Shown: in pieces, positions 17,107 through 26,500 of the stretch
Position numbering within the stretch: position 1 is the first letter of the stretch
Layout: each line of letters starts with the position of its first letter
Source of the DNA: a virus
Lineage: Duplodnaviria > Caudoviricetes
IMG/VR virus record: IMGVR_UViG_3300037485_000603
Location: 1-53,736 of that record
DNA: 53,736 nucleotides
Direction: 5' to 3' (one strand)
Translations under genes and position numbers: made by a program
The notes under the pieces: model-generated
Database searches by the model: none
What the model was told of the DNA's origin: nothing
What the model saw: the letters and a program-made list of their open reading frames with translations, nothing else

Positions 17107-17327
17107 ATATGACAAAGCCAAAGACGCACCATGATTTCAACCCTGTTGGATTTGGTCTTGCCCCAATGAAGCGCGAGGGTGATGTGCAAGATCCTGATGC
17201 GCTGACATGGGAGTGCGGCGATCCCACAATGTGCGATCACTGTCGAGACTTTTACGAAAACTGGAAACGGCGTTATACGGAGCAGGAGGCGAAGGCTGCT
17301 TTTGACCGCGCAAGGAGTAACACATGA
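17103..17327 (+). CDS. hypothetical protein
   Basis: Coupled ORF, C...CDHC. Confidence 0.55.
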   Translation: MNMTKPKTHHDFNPVGFGLAPMKREGDVQDPDALTWECGDPTMCDHCRDFYENWKRRYTEQEAKAAFDRARSNT

Positions 17328-17935
17328 CCACCCTACGCGAAGCCGCCCAGCAGGCGCTGGATGTGATGTCAGACATCTCCAGTTTTGAGAGATGGAGTGA
17401 GGCGCGAGACGCCCTGCGCGCCGCGCTAGCGCAGCAGGATGATCCGGTGGCTGTCGCAGAGCGCGAACGCATCGCTGCGCAGTGGGACGGCTGCGTCACC
17501 CATCAACTGGACACATTCGGCCCAGTGGACATCGGCGCGAGCATTCGGGCTGGCGAACTGGTGGAGCCAGCGCAGCAGGTCGAGCCGTTAATCAACCAAT
17601 GCGGTGAAACCTGCGAGCGAGCCAAGCTGTGCGCTGTGTGCGCGAGCAAGCTGGCCGAGCCGGTGCAGATGCCGGCGCAGGAGCCCTACTGCCACGTCTA
17701 CGAGTACGACAGCGTGTTCGGCTTGCACCGCGAGCTCTACCCGCGCGAGTACAACGGCAGAAAGCCTGACCGCGCGGTGCCTCTCTACACCACCCCGCCC
17801 CAGCGCCTGCCGCTGACGGAGGAGGAGATTGACGAATGCTTTGAGTCAGTGATGTTCAACCCAGACATCGAACCGACTCGGGAGCTTATTGCCCGCGCCA
17901 TCGAGGCCGCGCATGGCATCAAGGAGGGAACATGA
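17324..17935 (+). CDS. hypothetical protein (TLREAAQQAL family)
   Basis: Modules LRAALAQ, PLYTTPP, LTEEEI, ARAIEAAHGI. Confidence 0.7.
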   Translation: MTTLREAAQQALDVMSDISSFERWSEARDALRAALAQQDDPVAVAERERIAAQWDGCVTHQLDTFGPVDIGASIRAGELVEPAQQVEPLINQCGETCERAKLCAVCASKLAEPVQMPAQEPYCHVYEYDSVFGLHRELYPREYNGRKPDRAVPLYTTPPQRLPLTEEEIDECFESVMFNPDIEPTRELIARAIEAAHGIKEGT

Positions 17936-18594
17936 ATGACCTACGAACCGCCGCCCAGCAGGCGCTTGCGTTCACTATGCGCGATTTTGCAACCATGCGT
18001 GATTTTGAGGCAGCAAGAGCGGTGCTACATGACGACCTCCGCGCTGCGTTGAAACAAGAAGAGGAAGCCTCTGCATGGTTATCTGAACGCAAAGAACACT
18101 GGCGCAAAGAGCGCGAAAAAATGCAAGCAACAAAAGACCAAGACCCTGAACTGTCCGCTGCCCTCGGTTGGCCTGGAGGTACCAGCGATCCGGTGCTAGA
18201 TCGCACGCGGCTGCTACAGATGGTGGCAGCGCTGCGCGTGGCTTCCAAGCAGGCGCTGGAGGCGTTGGAGTCCGGGTTGCTGATACCGCACAGTGCCGAA
18301 GTGTTCACAGCCCTCCGCGCCGCGCTGGCGCAGCAGGATGAGCGCGATTGGTCTCTGTTGGAAGCAACGCAGGAGTCTCTGCGCGAGCACATGACTGAGA
18401 TTCATCGACTCCGCGCCGCCACACCCCAGCTACTGGCCCAGCGCGACGCGCTGCTGGAGGTGTTGAAAAGCACTGGGCTGTTTTTGCACCACTGCTGGTG
18501 CGATGTGCAGATGGACGACTACTCGTTTGAGAAGTTGAATCGGCAGATGGAGATTGTGGACGCCGCCTTGATGGCGGCGGAGGAAACGAAATGA
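17932..18594 (+). CDS. hypothetical protein (TLREAAQQAL family)
   Basis: Two copies of the QAL...LRAAL module. Confidence 0.7.
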   Translation: MNDLRTAAQQALAFTMRDFATMRDFEAARAVLHDDLRAALKQEEEASAWLSERKEHWRKEREKMQATKDQDPELSAALGWPGGTSDPVLDRTRLLQMVAALRVASKQALEALESGLLIPHSAEVFTALRAALAQQDERDWSLLEATQESLREHMTEIHRLRAATPQLLAQRDALLEVLKSTGLFLHHCWCDVQMDDYSFEKLNRQMEIVDAALMAAEETK

Positions 18595-18761
18595 CCCCGA
18601 CACCAACAAACAAGCTGCGCTTTGTGGAGCGCAAGGACTTTACCGACGACCCTGCAAACCCGGTAGTCCGGCGCATCCTCCAGCAGTGGTGGGAGCCCGC
18701 ATTTTTTACCGAGCCGGGCGAATGGCGCGATGTTCCTGTGGAGATGGAGGAGGGGAAATGA
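18591..18761 (+). CDS. 56-aa hypothetical protein
   Basis: PTNKLRFVER...ILQQWW...GEWRDVP; coupled. Confidence 0.65.
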   Translation: MTPTPTNKLRFVERKDFTDDPANPVVRRILQQWWEPAFFTEPGEWRDVPVEMEEGK

Positions 18762-18979
18762 CCCGCGAAGCCATCATTCGCATGGCGCGGGAGGCTTGCG
18801 AAACAACAAGCTGGAAACCCGGGCTTGGCAACGAGCACGTTGTTGAATTCATGGCACGCTTCGCAGCCCTTATCGCCGCTGTCGAGCGTGAGGCAATAGC
18901 GCGGATATTCGACGGCCCCGTATGGAGCTACGACTACCGCGAGATTGCGGCCGCCATCCGCGCAAGGGGGAACGCATGA
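18758..18979 (+). CDS. hypothetical protein
   Basis: MTREAIIRMAREA...EREA...AAAIRARG. Confidence 0.65.
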   Translation: MTREAIIRMAREACETTSWKPGLGNEHVVEFMARFAALIAAVEREAIARIFDGPVWSYDYREIAAAIRARGNA

Positions 18980-19067
18980 CCACCATTCATTTCTACTGCC
19001 CGCTGCGTCGGGCATATGTATCAATGCAAGTGCCGACAGAGACGGCTTTCAAACTGGCGGGGTTGGT

Positions 19068-19388
19068 ATGACCGACAAAGAAATGCTGGAGCTTGCCGCG
19101 AAAGCGGCGGGGCTCGACGCACAATGGGATTGCCCAGAGCGCGGGATGATGATGTTGACGCCGAACGGCGTAGACACAATGACATGGAACCCGCTGACCA
19201 ACGACGGGGATGCGTTGCGGCTTGCGGTGAAGTGCCGTCTCGAAATAGGTTTTCCCGCGCCCCGTAAGGTCTGGTCGTTTGGGCGGAAAAGCGATGTTTG
19301 TTCTGAGGAGTACAGGTCAGACCCCCTCGCCGCCACCCGCCGCGCCATCGTCAGGGCTGCGGCAGAGATCGGAAAGGCTATGGTATGA
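19068..19388 (+). CDS. hypothetical protein
   Basis: MTDKEMLELAAKAAG...WNPLTNDGDALRLAV...TRRAIVRAAAEIG. Confidence 0.7.
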   Translation: MTDKEMLELAAKAAGLDAQWDCPERGMMMLTPNGVDTMTWNPLTNDGDALRLAVKCRLEIGFPAPRKVWSFGRKSDVCSEEYRSDPLAATRRAIVRAAAEIGKAMV

Positions 19389-19531
19389 CCCGAGAACACT
19401 ACCTCAACATCCTGATCCTGCTCAGCAATCTGGAGTCGCTTATCCTGGCGCACAAGGCGCCGATTCCGGTTCCTCTGTCTGCGGACATTGACTACGTTAC
19501 GAAAGAGCTTCGTAAGGAGATCCTGAAATGA
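19385..19531 (+). CDS. 48-aa hypothetical protein
   Basis: ATGA-coupled ORF. Confidence 0.5.
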   Translation: MTREHYLNILILLSNLESLILAHKAPIPVPLSADIDYVTKELRKEILK

Positions 19532-19701
19532 AACAGCGAGCCCGCATCCGCAGGGTTAAGGAGAACACCTACAAATACTACATTTACATGTGGACGCTCA
19601 AGCGTAGGTGGCGATCCATAAAGGAAGAGATGCGCAAGCTCAGCGATGAGATGCGCAAGGTATACGAGATCAGCAGGGAGGAACATGCATCTACCCAATG
19701 A
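19528..19701 (+). CDS. 57-aa basic hypothetical protein
   Basis: AAGGAG RBS, coupled. Confidence 0.5.
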   Translation: MKQRARIRRVKENTYKYYIYMWTLKRRWRSIKEEMRKLSDEMRKVYEISREEHASTQ

Positions 19702-19897
19702 TTACGCTCGCTGTGCGGGCACGCACCGGGCAGAATGCCAAGACTGTCTGCGCAGGACGTCACCGTCAAACTCAGAGCGCCAAGTCTGGATAGGCGTCTG
19801 GGTACTCCCAGAACCGTGTAAGTCAAGGATTGCCGATGAAGTGCCCAAGGTGTCAAAAAGAAGGAAAGAGCCCCGTTCTGGAAAGCCGACCAACTGA
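19685..19897 (+). CDS. Cys-rich hypothetical protein
   Basis: DYARCAG...CQDCLRR; GGAGG RBS. Confidence 0.5.
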   Translation: MHLPNDYARCAGTHRAECQDCLRRTSPSNSERQVWIGVWVLPEPCKSRIADEVPKVSKRRKEPRSGKPTN

Positions 19898-20066
19898 CGG
19901 TCAGATCTGGCGCAGGCGGATGTGCGGTCTGTGTTTCAACACATATGTCTCTTGTGAGATCGCTGAACCCGGCATGACCATGCCTACCAAGACGCAATCA
20001 CGGCACCGACTCAAAGATCGCACCACCAAGCCCGAGCAACGCAACGTAAGATGGAACAACATATGA
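19836..20066 (+). CDS. NrdR N-terminal-like Zn-ribbon protein
   Basis: MKCPRC...VLESR...RRRMCGLC. Confidence 0.7.
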   Translation: MKCPRCQKEGKSPVLESRPTDGQIWRRRMCGLCFNTYVSCEIAEPGMTMPTKTQSRHRLKDRTTKPEQRNVRWNNI

Positions 20067-20338
20067 GCGCGAACAACACTGGCCCCGGCCACTACAAGGA
20101 CAAGGCTATTCAGCCTTGGGACTTCATCGTCTCCAACAACCTCAGCTATCTGGAGGGGAATGTCGTCAAGTACATCTCCCGCTGGCGGGAGAAGGGAGGA
20201 GTTGACGACCTCCGTAAAGCGAAGCACTACATTGAAAAGCTCATCGAGGTAGAGACTGGCGAGCAACCGCCGACCACGGTCAACGATGCAGCAATCCGAG
20301 CCCAGCGGGCTACCTGGGATGCCAGGACCAAGGGATGA
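20063..20338 (+). CDS. DUF3310/SaV-like protein
   Basis: HYK..IQPWDFI...GNVVKYISRW..KGGVDDLRKAKHY. Confidence 0.85.
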   Translation: MSANNTGPGHYKDKAIQPWDFIVSNNLSYLEGNVVKYISRWREKGGVDDLRKAKHYIEKLIEVETGEQPPTTVNDAAIRAQRATWDARTKG

Positions 20339-20595
20339 ACAACAAGCTGAACGCCGCAGAGAGGGAACATCTCCGCAGGGTCAAGGAGCTACCCTGCGGG
20401 GTCTGCGGCGCGGCGGGCCCTTCTGATGCTCACCACATCAAACAAGGGCTTCAGTACCTCTGCATCCCTCTTTGCCGGGACTGCCATCAAGGTGGTTTCA
20501 ACGGCATCCACGGACAGGCCAGGATCTGGTCTGTCCTAAAGAAGGATGAGATGACCGTTTTAAACGACATCATTGCGCGGCTATCATCTTCTTGA
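20335..20595 (+). CDS. DUF968/Ref-like HNH-type Zn nuclease
   Basis: LPCGVCG...AHH...IPLCRDCH..GIHG. Confidence 0.75.
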   Translation: MNNKLNAAEREHLRRVKELPCGVCGAAGPSDAHHIKQGLQYLCIPLCRDCHQGGFNGIHGQARIWSVLKKDEMTVLNDIIARLSSS

Positions 20596-23500
20596 TGTGC
20601 TGAATGTTGGAGGCCATGTTGTTCTCCATCGTCGTGATGTTGAGGGTGATGTCCCTCTTCTCATCCGCATCCATGTCTGAGGCCCGCACAAAGGTCTTCA
20701 TCTCGCGGAAGTCCTTCATGGATTTCTCCATGTCCAGCACGTAGTCCTTCGTCAAGAACAGTCCCTGGTTCTCTTGCACGTAGTCCGCCCAGTCCTGGGG
20801 CTTCATACTTCTTTCCAGGAGGTTGGCGGTTCTTACAGCCTCATCCACAGAGTTCTTCAACTCGTAGTAGGCAGTGACCTGACCTCGTGCCTCGGGATCC
20901 ACCGCGAACCGTTTAATCACCGGCATCTGTTCAAACCGCTTGGATGCCTTGGGGGAGTCGCTGTTCATGTCGTAGATGGCATCGAACAGATCCACCATGT
21001 ACCCGCCCAGAGTACCGGTGTATCCCCGGATCATCTGGTCAACCTTCATGGGCGATAGCTGGAGTGCCGTGGGTAGTCCCTTGCTTGCTTCCCCGGCCAA
21101 CTCTGCAAGCCTGGAGGTGGAAGGCCCGACCTGATACGCCGGAGCCACACTCTCCAGACCCTGAGACACGATGGGCCTCTGGGTGAAGAAGGAGTAGTTC
21201 GTCACCGACTCCACAATCGGAAGAGCCGTCTGAGGGATCGGGTTAAACGCCAGGGTGCTGGTCAACTGCCGAGCCATCGACTTGAGGAAGTCCTTCCCGG
21301 TGTCATCCCCAAAGCTGTACTCCAGGATGCGCTCAGGGATGACCTTGAAGAGAACACCGATTTCAAACGGGATGGGAATCTTGACGTCCCCTAGGATCCA
21401 GTAGTTGTCCCGGGTCTCTTGCTCCTGCTTCTTCCACTCATCGTCTTCGTGGACCAGCATCCAGTACATCGTGGACAGGGCTGCGATGGTCATGCCCCGG
21501 ATGAAGAAGCTCGTCTGGATCTCCTTGGCGTTTGCTTCCGTACCCTTCCCAAATGCCGCCCGGTACAGAACATCAAGGCCCTGCATCCGAGCATTCAAGA
21601 ACGGCACTGCTGCGGTCAGAACACGCACCAGAGGGTTGTTGCCCTTCCGGTTGAAGTTCATCACCTCCACCGCCCGGAACAGAGCTTCTGCCTCATTGCC
21701 GGTCGCCGCAAGAGTCTTCTTGTAGACCTCCATGCGGGTTGCTGCGTCAGAAGCCTGGGTGCCCGTTTCAAGCGCATCCCAGAGAGATGTAAACGGACGA
21801 GCCAGTTTTTCTCCAGTTGTGTAAATACCAGCTTTCTTGCGCAGAGCCCGGTCAAACCTACGTGCGCTGATCTCTACACCTTGGGAGTAGTCATAACCAC
21901 CGATGACACCGGAGTTGAGGAGTGCCGAGTACTCTGGGTTCTGGCCCCTGAGAGCCTTGCCAAAGTTGGTCATGGTGTCCACCATTGGGGTCATCTTGAC
22001 CCCGGAAGACACCCAGGCAGACACTGAGTCCCGCATCATGTTGGCAAGCATGAAGGCAGGATCCTTGGTGACCAAGTTCCGCAGGACGTTCGCCGGTCCA
22101 GCCAGAAGCCCAATGAACGGCAGATCCCCCAGGTTCAGACTCTTCATGGCCTCCACGAAGAGCATGTCCTTGGTCTCGTAGTACGAGGTCTTGCCGTTCT
22201 CCAGCACCTTGACCACGTTGGGGGCCGAGGAGACGTAGTTCAGCCTGTTTGCCTGACCGATGGCAACAGCAGTGTTTACAGCACGCTGGGCTGCAACGTT
22301 CTTCATCCCCGCTTCGATGGAGTACTGAACGTTCCGGACCACCGTCTCCAGGAACTCTCCGATGGGCAGATCAGATTTCTTGAGTTTCTTGGGGGCGCGA
22401 ACACCAGACAAGGAGGCAAAGATCTGGGGGCCGACAGTCTCTTCCCCGTCAGCCTGACGGTAGAAGGGGATGTAGTCCGAATACTTGACGAACTCCTTGG
22501 CCGCTTCTTCAGAGAGAACCCCGGTGTCCTTCAGATATTGAACCAGACCATTGTTGAACTTGATCCATTCATCATGGATGTCTTTGAACTCAGGATGATC
22601 CTTGAGGATCTGCGCGGCAGTAGCACGATCTGCCGGCGTGATGATCCCGGTTTCTCTACCCTGTCCGTACAAACGGATGCCCCTGTTTATAGCGGCCCAG
22701 GTCTGGTACTTCTGGTAGATGAACGGATCGTTGTACTTCGCCAGCGGGGCGAAGATGGCAATCGGCCCCTTGACCGTGTTGTTGTTGTTGACGATCTTGG
22801 TGTGACCGTTTACATACACAGGAATACCGCCAACGCCATCATGCACCCCCATAGCCCCGGCCAGGACACCGGCACTCAGATCAGACATGAGCGCAGCGCC
22901 ATGAGAACTTGCATCCGCAAGCAGCGGAGCGCCGCCCATCAGGCGGACAAGCTCTTTGTCGTACTCGCTCAGACGGTTGTACCGATCCAGGAAAGCCGCC
23001 CGGAAGGAGGAGGCAGACTTCGGGGCAATGGCCTCGGTGATCCGCTTGATGAAGGACTTTTCTTCGCGGGGGGTGGTGATCTGATCGACCCGGGCACGGG
23101 TGACAGGATCTGTCGTATCACGCAGGCTTGCCTTGATGCTCGGATCTACAGGATCAAACTTGCCAACGTTGCCGATGGCAGATTTGATCTGTTCGGGGCG
23201 GAAGGCAATATATGCGTTTTGATCTTTCCACTCGGCATTTCCATGTTTTTTAATGATGATGCCGTCATACAAACCGTACATCTCATCAAGAAACGCATCC
23301 GAACTTCCCCAATGCCTGTTTGCTTTATGAGCCTTGGCGGCTGGCCCCCTCGTTGGCTGCGAGTCCTTCCACAAATCACGAAGCTCTTGAAAAGAATCAA
23401 GAACAAGTGGATTTTTCAGGCTCAGATACGACGGCATCGTCACAGGACCATAGTCCTGCGCCCGGGCTCGATTGTCTGTAAACCACGATCCTATTGAATC

Positions 23501-26500
23501 CAGACCATCAATTGCCTTTTGTGGCGGGCGCCGCATGAATTCTGAAAAGTCTGCAGCCGTCCCGTGATACACCACAAGAGGCCTTCCATCCCCATCAACA
23601 ACGGCACTATCCTTGAACCATCTCCAGAAGTTCTTGGTTCCTTCTTCATTGGGATAGATGGGCTTGTTGGTGCTGCTGGTAGTAGGACGCTCAGTGCCGT
23701 CTACGTTGACGGTGTCACGCAGGCTGAACCGGGGCAGTCCGGTAGTGCGGACACGCTCCTTCATAGCGGGGGTGACATCGAAGCCGGGTTGCTGGTCATG
23801 CGCGTACTTGGCACGGAACCCGCCTTCCCCAAGTCTCCTCAAGTCCTCCTTCATTACTTCTTTGTCGTACTTCCGCATGGAGTCCTTGAGCAGATTGACA
23901 TCTGTCATCTGCCCACCACCAACCTTTGGCAGGAGCTTCTTCACTGCTGTCGGGACAATGGTGTCGTAGAAGGTCTTCATGCCTTCGCCGCCGACCCTGA
24001 GATCGAGGCCGGAAAGCTCACGCGTATCTGCAAGGGCAGGCTCGACTTCAGGGTCAAAAGGCTGCTTGCCTTCGCGGGCGTCCATCTTTTTAACGATCTC
24101 GACGCCAACAATATCCTCAAGCTCGCTACGGGTGAAGTTGCCATCCTTCACGTTTCTGCCGCCTGCCATTACGTTAATGCTATAACCTTTTCCAGTAGGC
24201 TCGTAAGAAATACTATCAACCTGCTTGCTCAGGTCATATCGCTCGGCACTCTGGTCCCCGTTTACAAACGCCACCTTGTCATAGCCACCCTCTCCGGCCA
24301 TGACCATGATGCGTTTCAACGCAAGGTTCAGCCAGCCTTCGGTCTTGGTGACGAAGGGGGCGGCGGGGATCCGATCCCGCAAAGCAACTGCCTTGTCCCA
24401 AGCCTCCTCCATCTGTCTGCGTTCGTCCATTACCTTCGCAATGCTGTCAATATCTTCTCTTGCTGCGAGCTTTTCTCCCATGCGTATAGCAGTCGCTCGC
24501 TCTTCTTCGGTGTCTGCGGCGTCAAGGTAAAACAATTTTGCGCGCTCTCTCAAACCGCGCTTCCATTCTTTAAATGATTCCCTCCAGTCCCCGGCAATAA
24601 ACCCCTTCTTCTTCCCCTCCTGCCCCCAGTCAGATTGAATCTCTTCCACAAACAGCACCTTGTTGCCTTCGGCGTCGGTGCGGTCGTTTACACGGATATG
24701 GGCAAGGACGTTGGGCTGCTTCCAATGACTAGACCTGTACTCCGGCCTGTTTTGCGGGGCTCCATATGCCGCTTTATCCAATTCAGCAATCAACCGATCA
24801 GCCTCGGCGTTCTCTTCCTTTGTGGCTTTTCGGCGCCAAGCGAAAGAACCGTTGTACTTTTCTTGCATCTGCTCTTGATACGAGACCCATGCACGTTTGG
24901 CTCTTTCGTGTTCGCTTCTGGAGATGTCAGGAATGGTTAGCAGCACTTCCCGGTAGTTCTCGCCGCCCGGGAGGCTGTATTGGCTGTACTGGGCTTGACT
25001 ACTTTCCGGCGCAGTTGTTGGGCCCTCACGATCAAAGCGATCACGAAGCTCTTCAAGCTCTTCTTTTTCTGCGGCACTAAGGTTTCTATAGCCCCTGGTT
25101 TCCAGTAGGTCAAGCCTTTCGCGCCACGGCTCTCTTCCGCCCAGCACCGTCTCTTCAACCTGCACGCCACCATTCTTCAGGTAGGCCAGCAGATCTTCCT
25201 TGGTGACAGAGCCCTTCTGGAGATCAAGCCAGTCCCTGACGCCAGACCACTCGATCTCTTCCGGCTTGACACCCTTCTGGGTCAGGCCATTGATGTAGCC
25301 CTTCCATGCCTCTGCCGTTCCCTTGCCAGGGCCTTGGGAGACCTTGGCTTCGAGTTCGCTGTAGAGGCCGAGCTTGTCTCTCAGGCTGAACTTGACTTTG
25401 CTTTCTCCGCCAAACTCTTCTTTTAGAGCTTTTGTTTGACGATATTCAAGCGGAATCAACTTGGTTGCTGTCAATGAAAGGCCGCGGCCTGATTGAAACC
25501 TTTGCCCTTTGATTTCAACGCTGTCACGGCGTTCGTATTGATCAGGCTTCTTAGACCCAAAACGGTCTTTTACATACAGGACAACAGGGGCAGACTCAAC
25601 ACCTTCAGCCGCCATCGCAGCCATACGGTGTCTGCCCTCATGCCCAATGATGACTCCCTTCTCAATGTCCCATTCCAAAAATGGGGTCTGAGATTGACGG
25701 GCGATTTGTTCTCGATCCAACTTTCCAGCTTCCGCCTTAATCTCGTCGGCAAATTCTTTTGAAGGTGTTGTTGCCCCAATAAAGTCTTGTGGGTTTACAT
25801 AAGCGGCTATACCAAATGTCCTGCCGTCTATATAACCATAGTCATTGATCAGTTTGTCAATGCGTCTGTCTGACCATGTTGCATCAGTTTCTCTCAGGCT
25901 GGGCTTGGCAATCGGGATGATCTTCTTGCCGGCCTTGATCTTCTCTTGATCTCGGATGACAACGGTGTTCCCGTCCCTCTGCCGGTCGTAATCGACAAAG
26001 AATCCATCGTGCCGTAGTGCAGCGTCTTCTGGCCTGCCCGTCCTGTCCTTGTTGGTCAGGCCGATGATCATGCCCTTGTTGAAGAGGTTGCCCTTCTGGC
26101 CGGGCCGAGGATCCAGGAACCGGGCGTCGTAGTTATCGCCGTTCCAGACCTGGAACTTGTCCCCGGTCTTCTCATCCAGCACAAAGTCGGGCATGTCCCG
26201 CTTGCTTGTAAACGCCATCGCCACGTTGAACCCATTGTTCAAACGCTTGATCATGGCGTCCCAGTTGGACCCGACACCAACCGTCTTTCCTTCAACAACC
26301 TGAGCCGCGCCGTCAGAGCTATAGGTCAGGTGGTGGTTGTCAGCAATCGGACCCGGCGTTGCCAGCTTGGTGTAGTCATAGAACCGGACACCAGGGAACC
26401 CCTCAATGAAGGGCTTGAGCATCTTCGGCGGGAAGTCGCTCGTCACGTTCAGGCGTATAGCAGGTGTGTAAACCTGCTTCTTAACGCGACTTTTTTCTCC

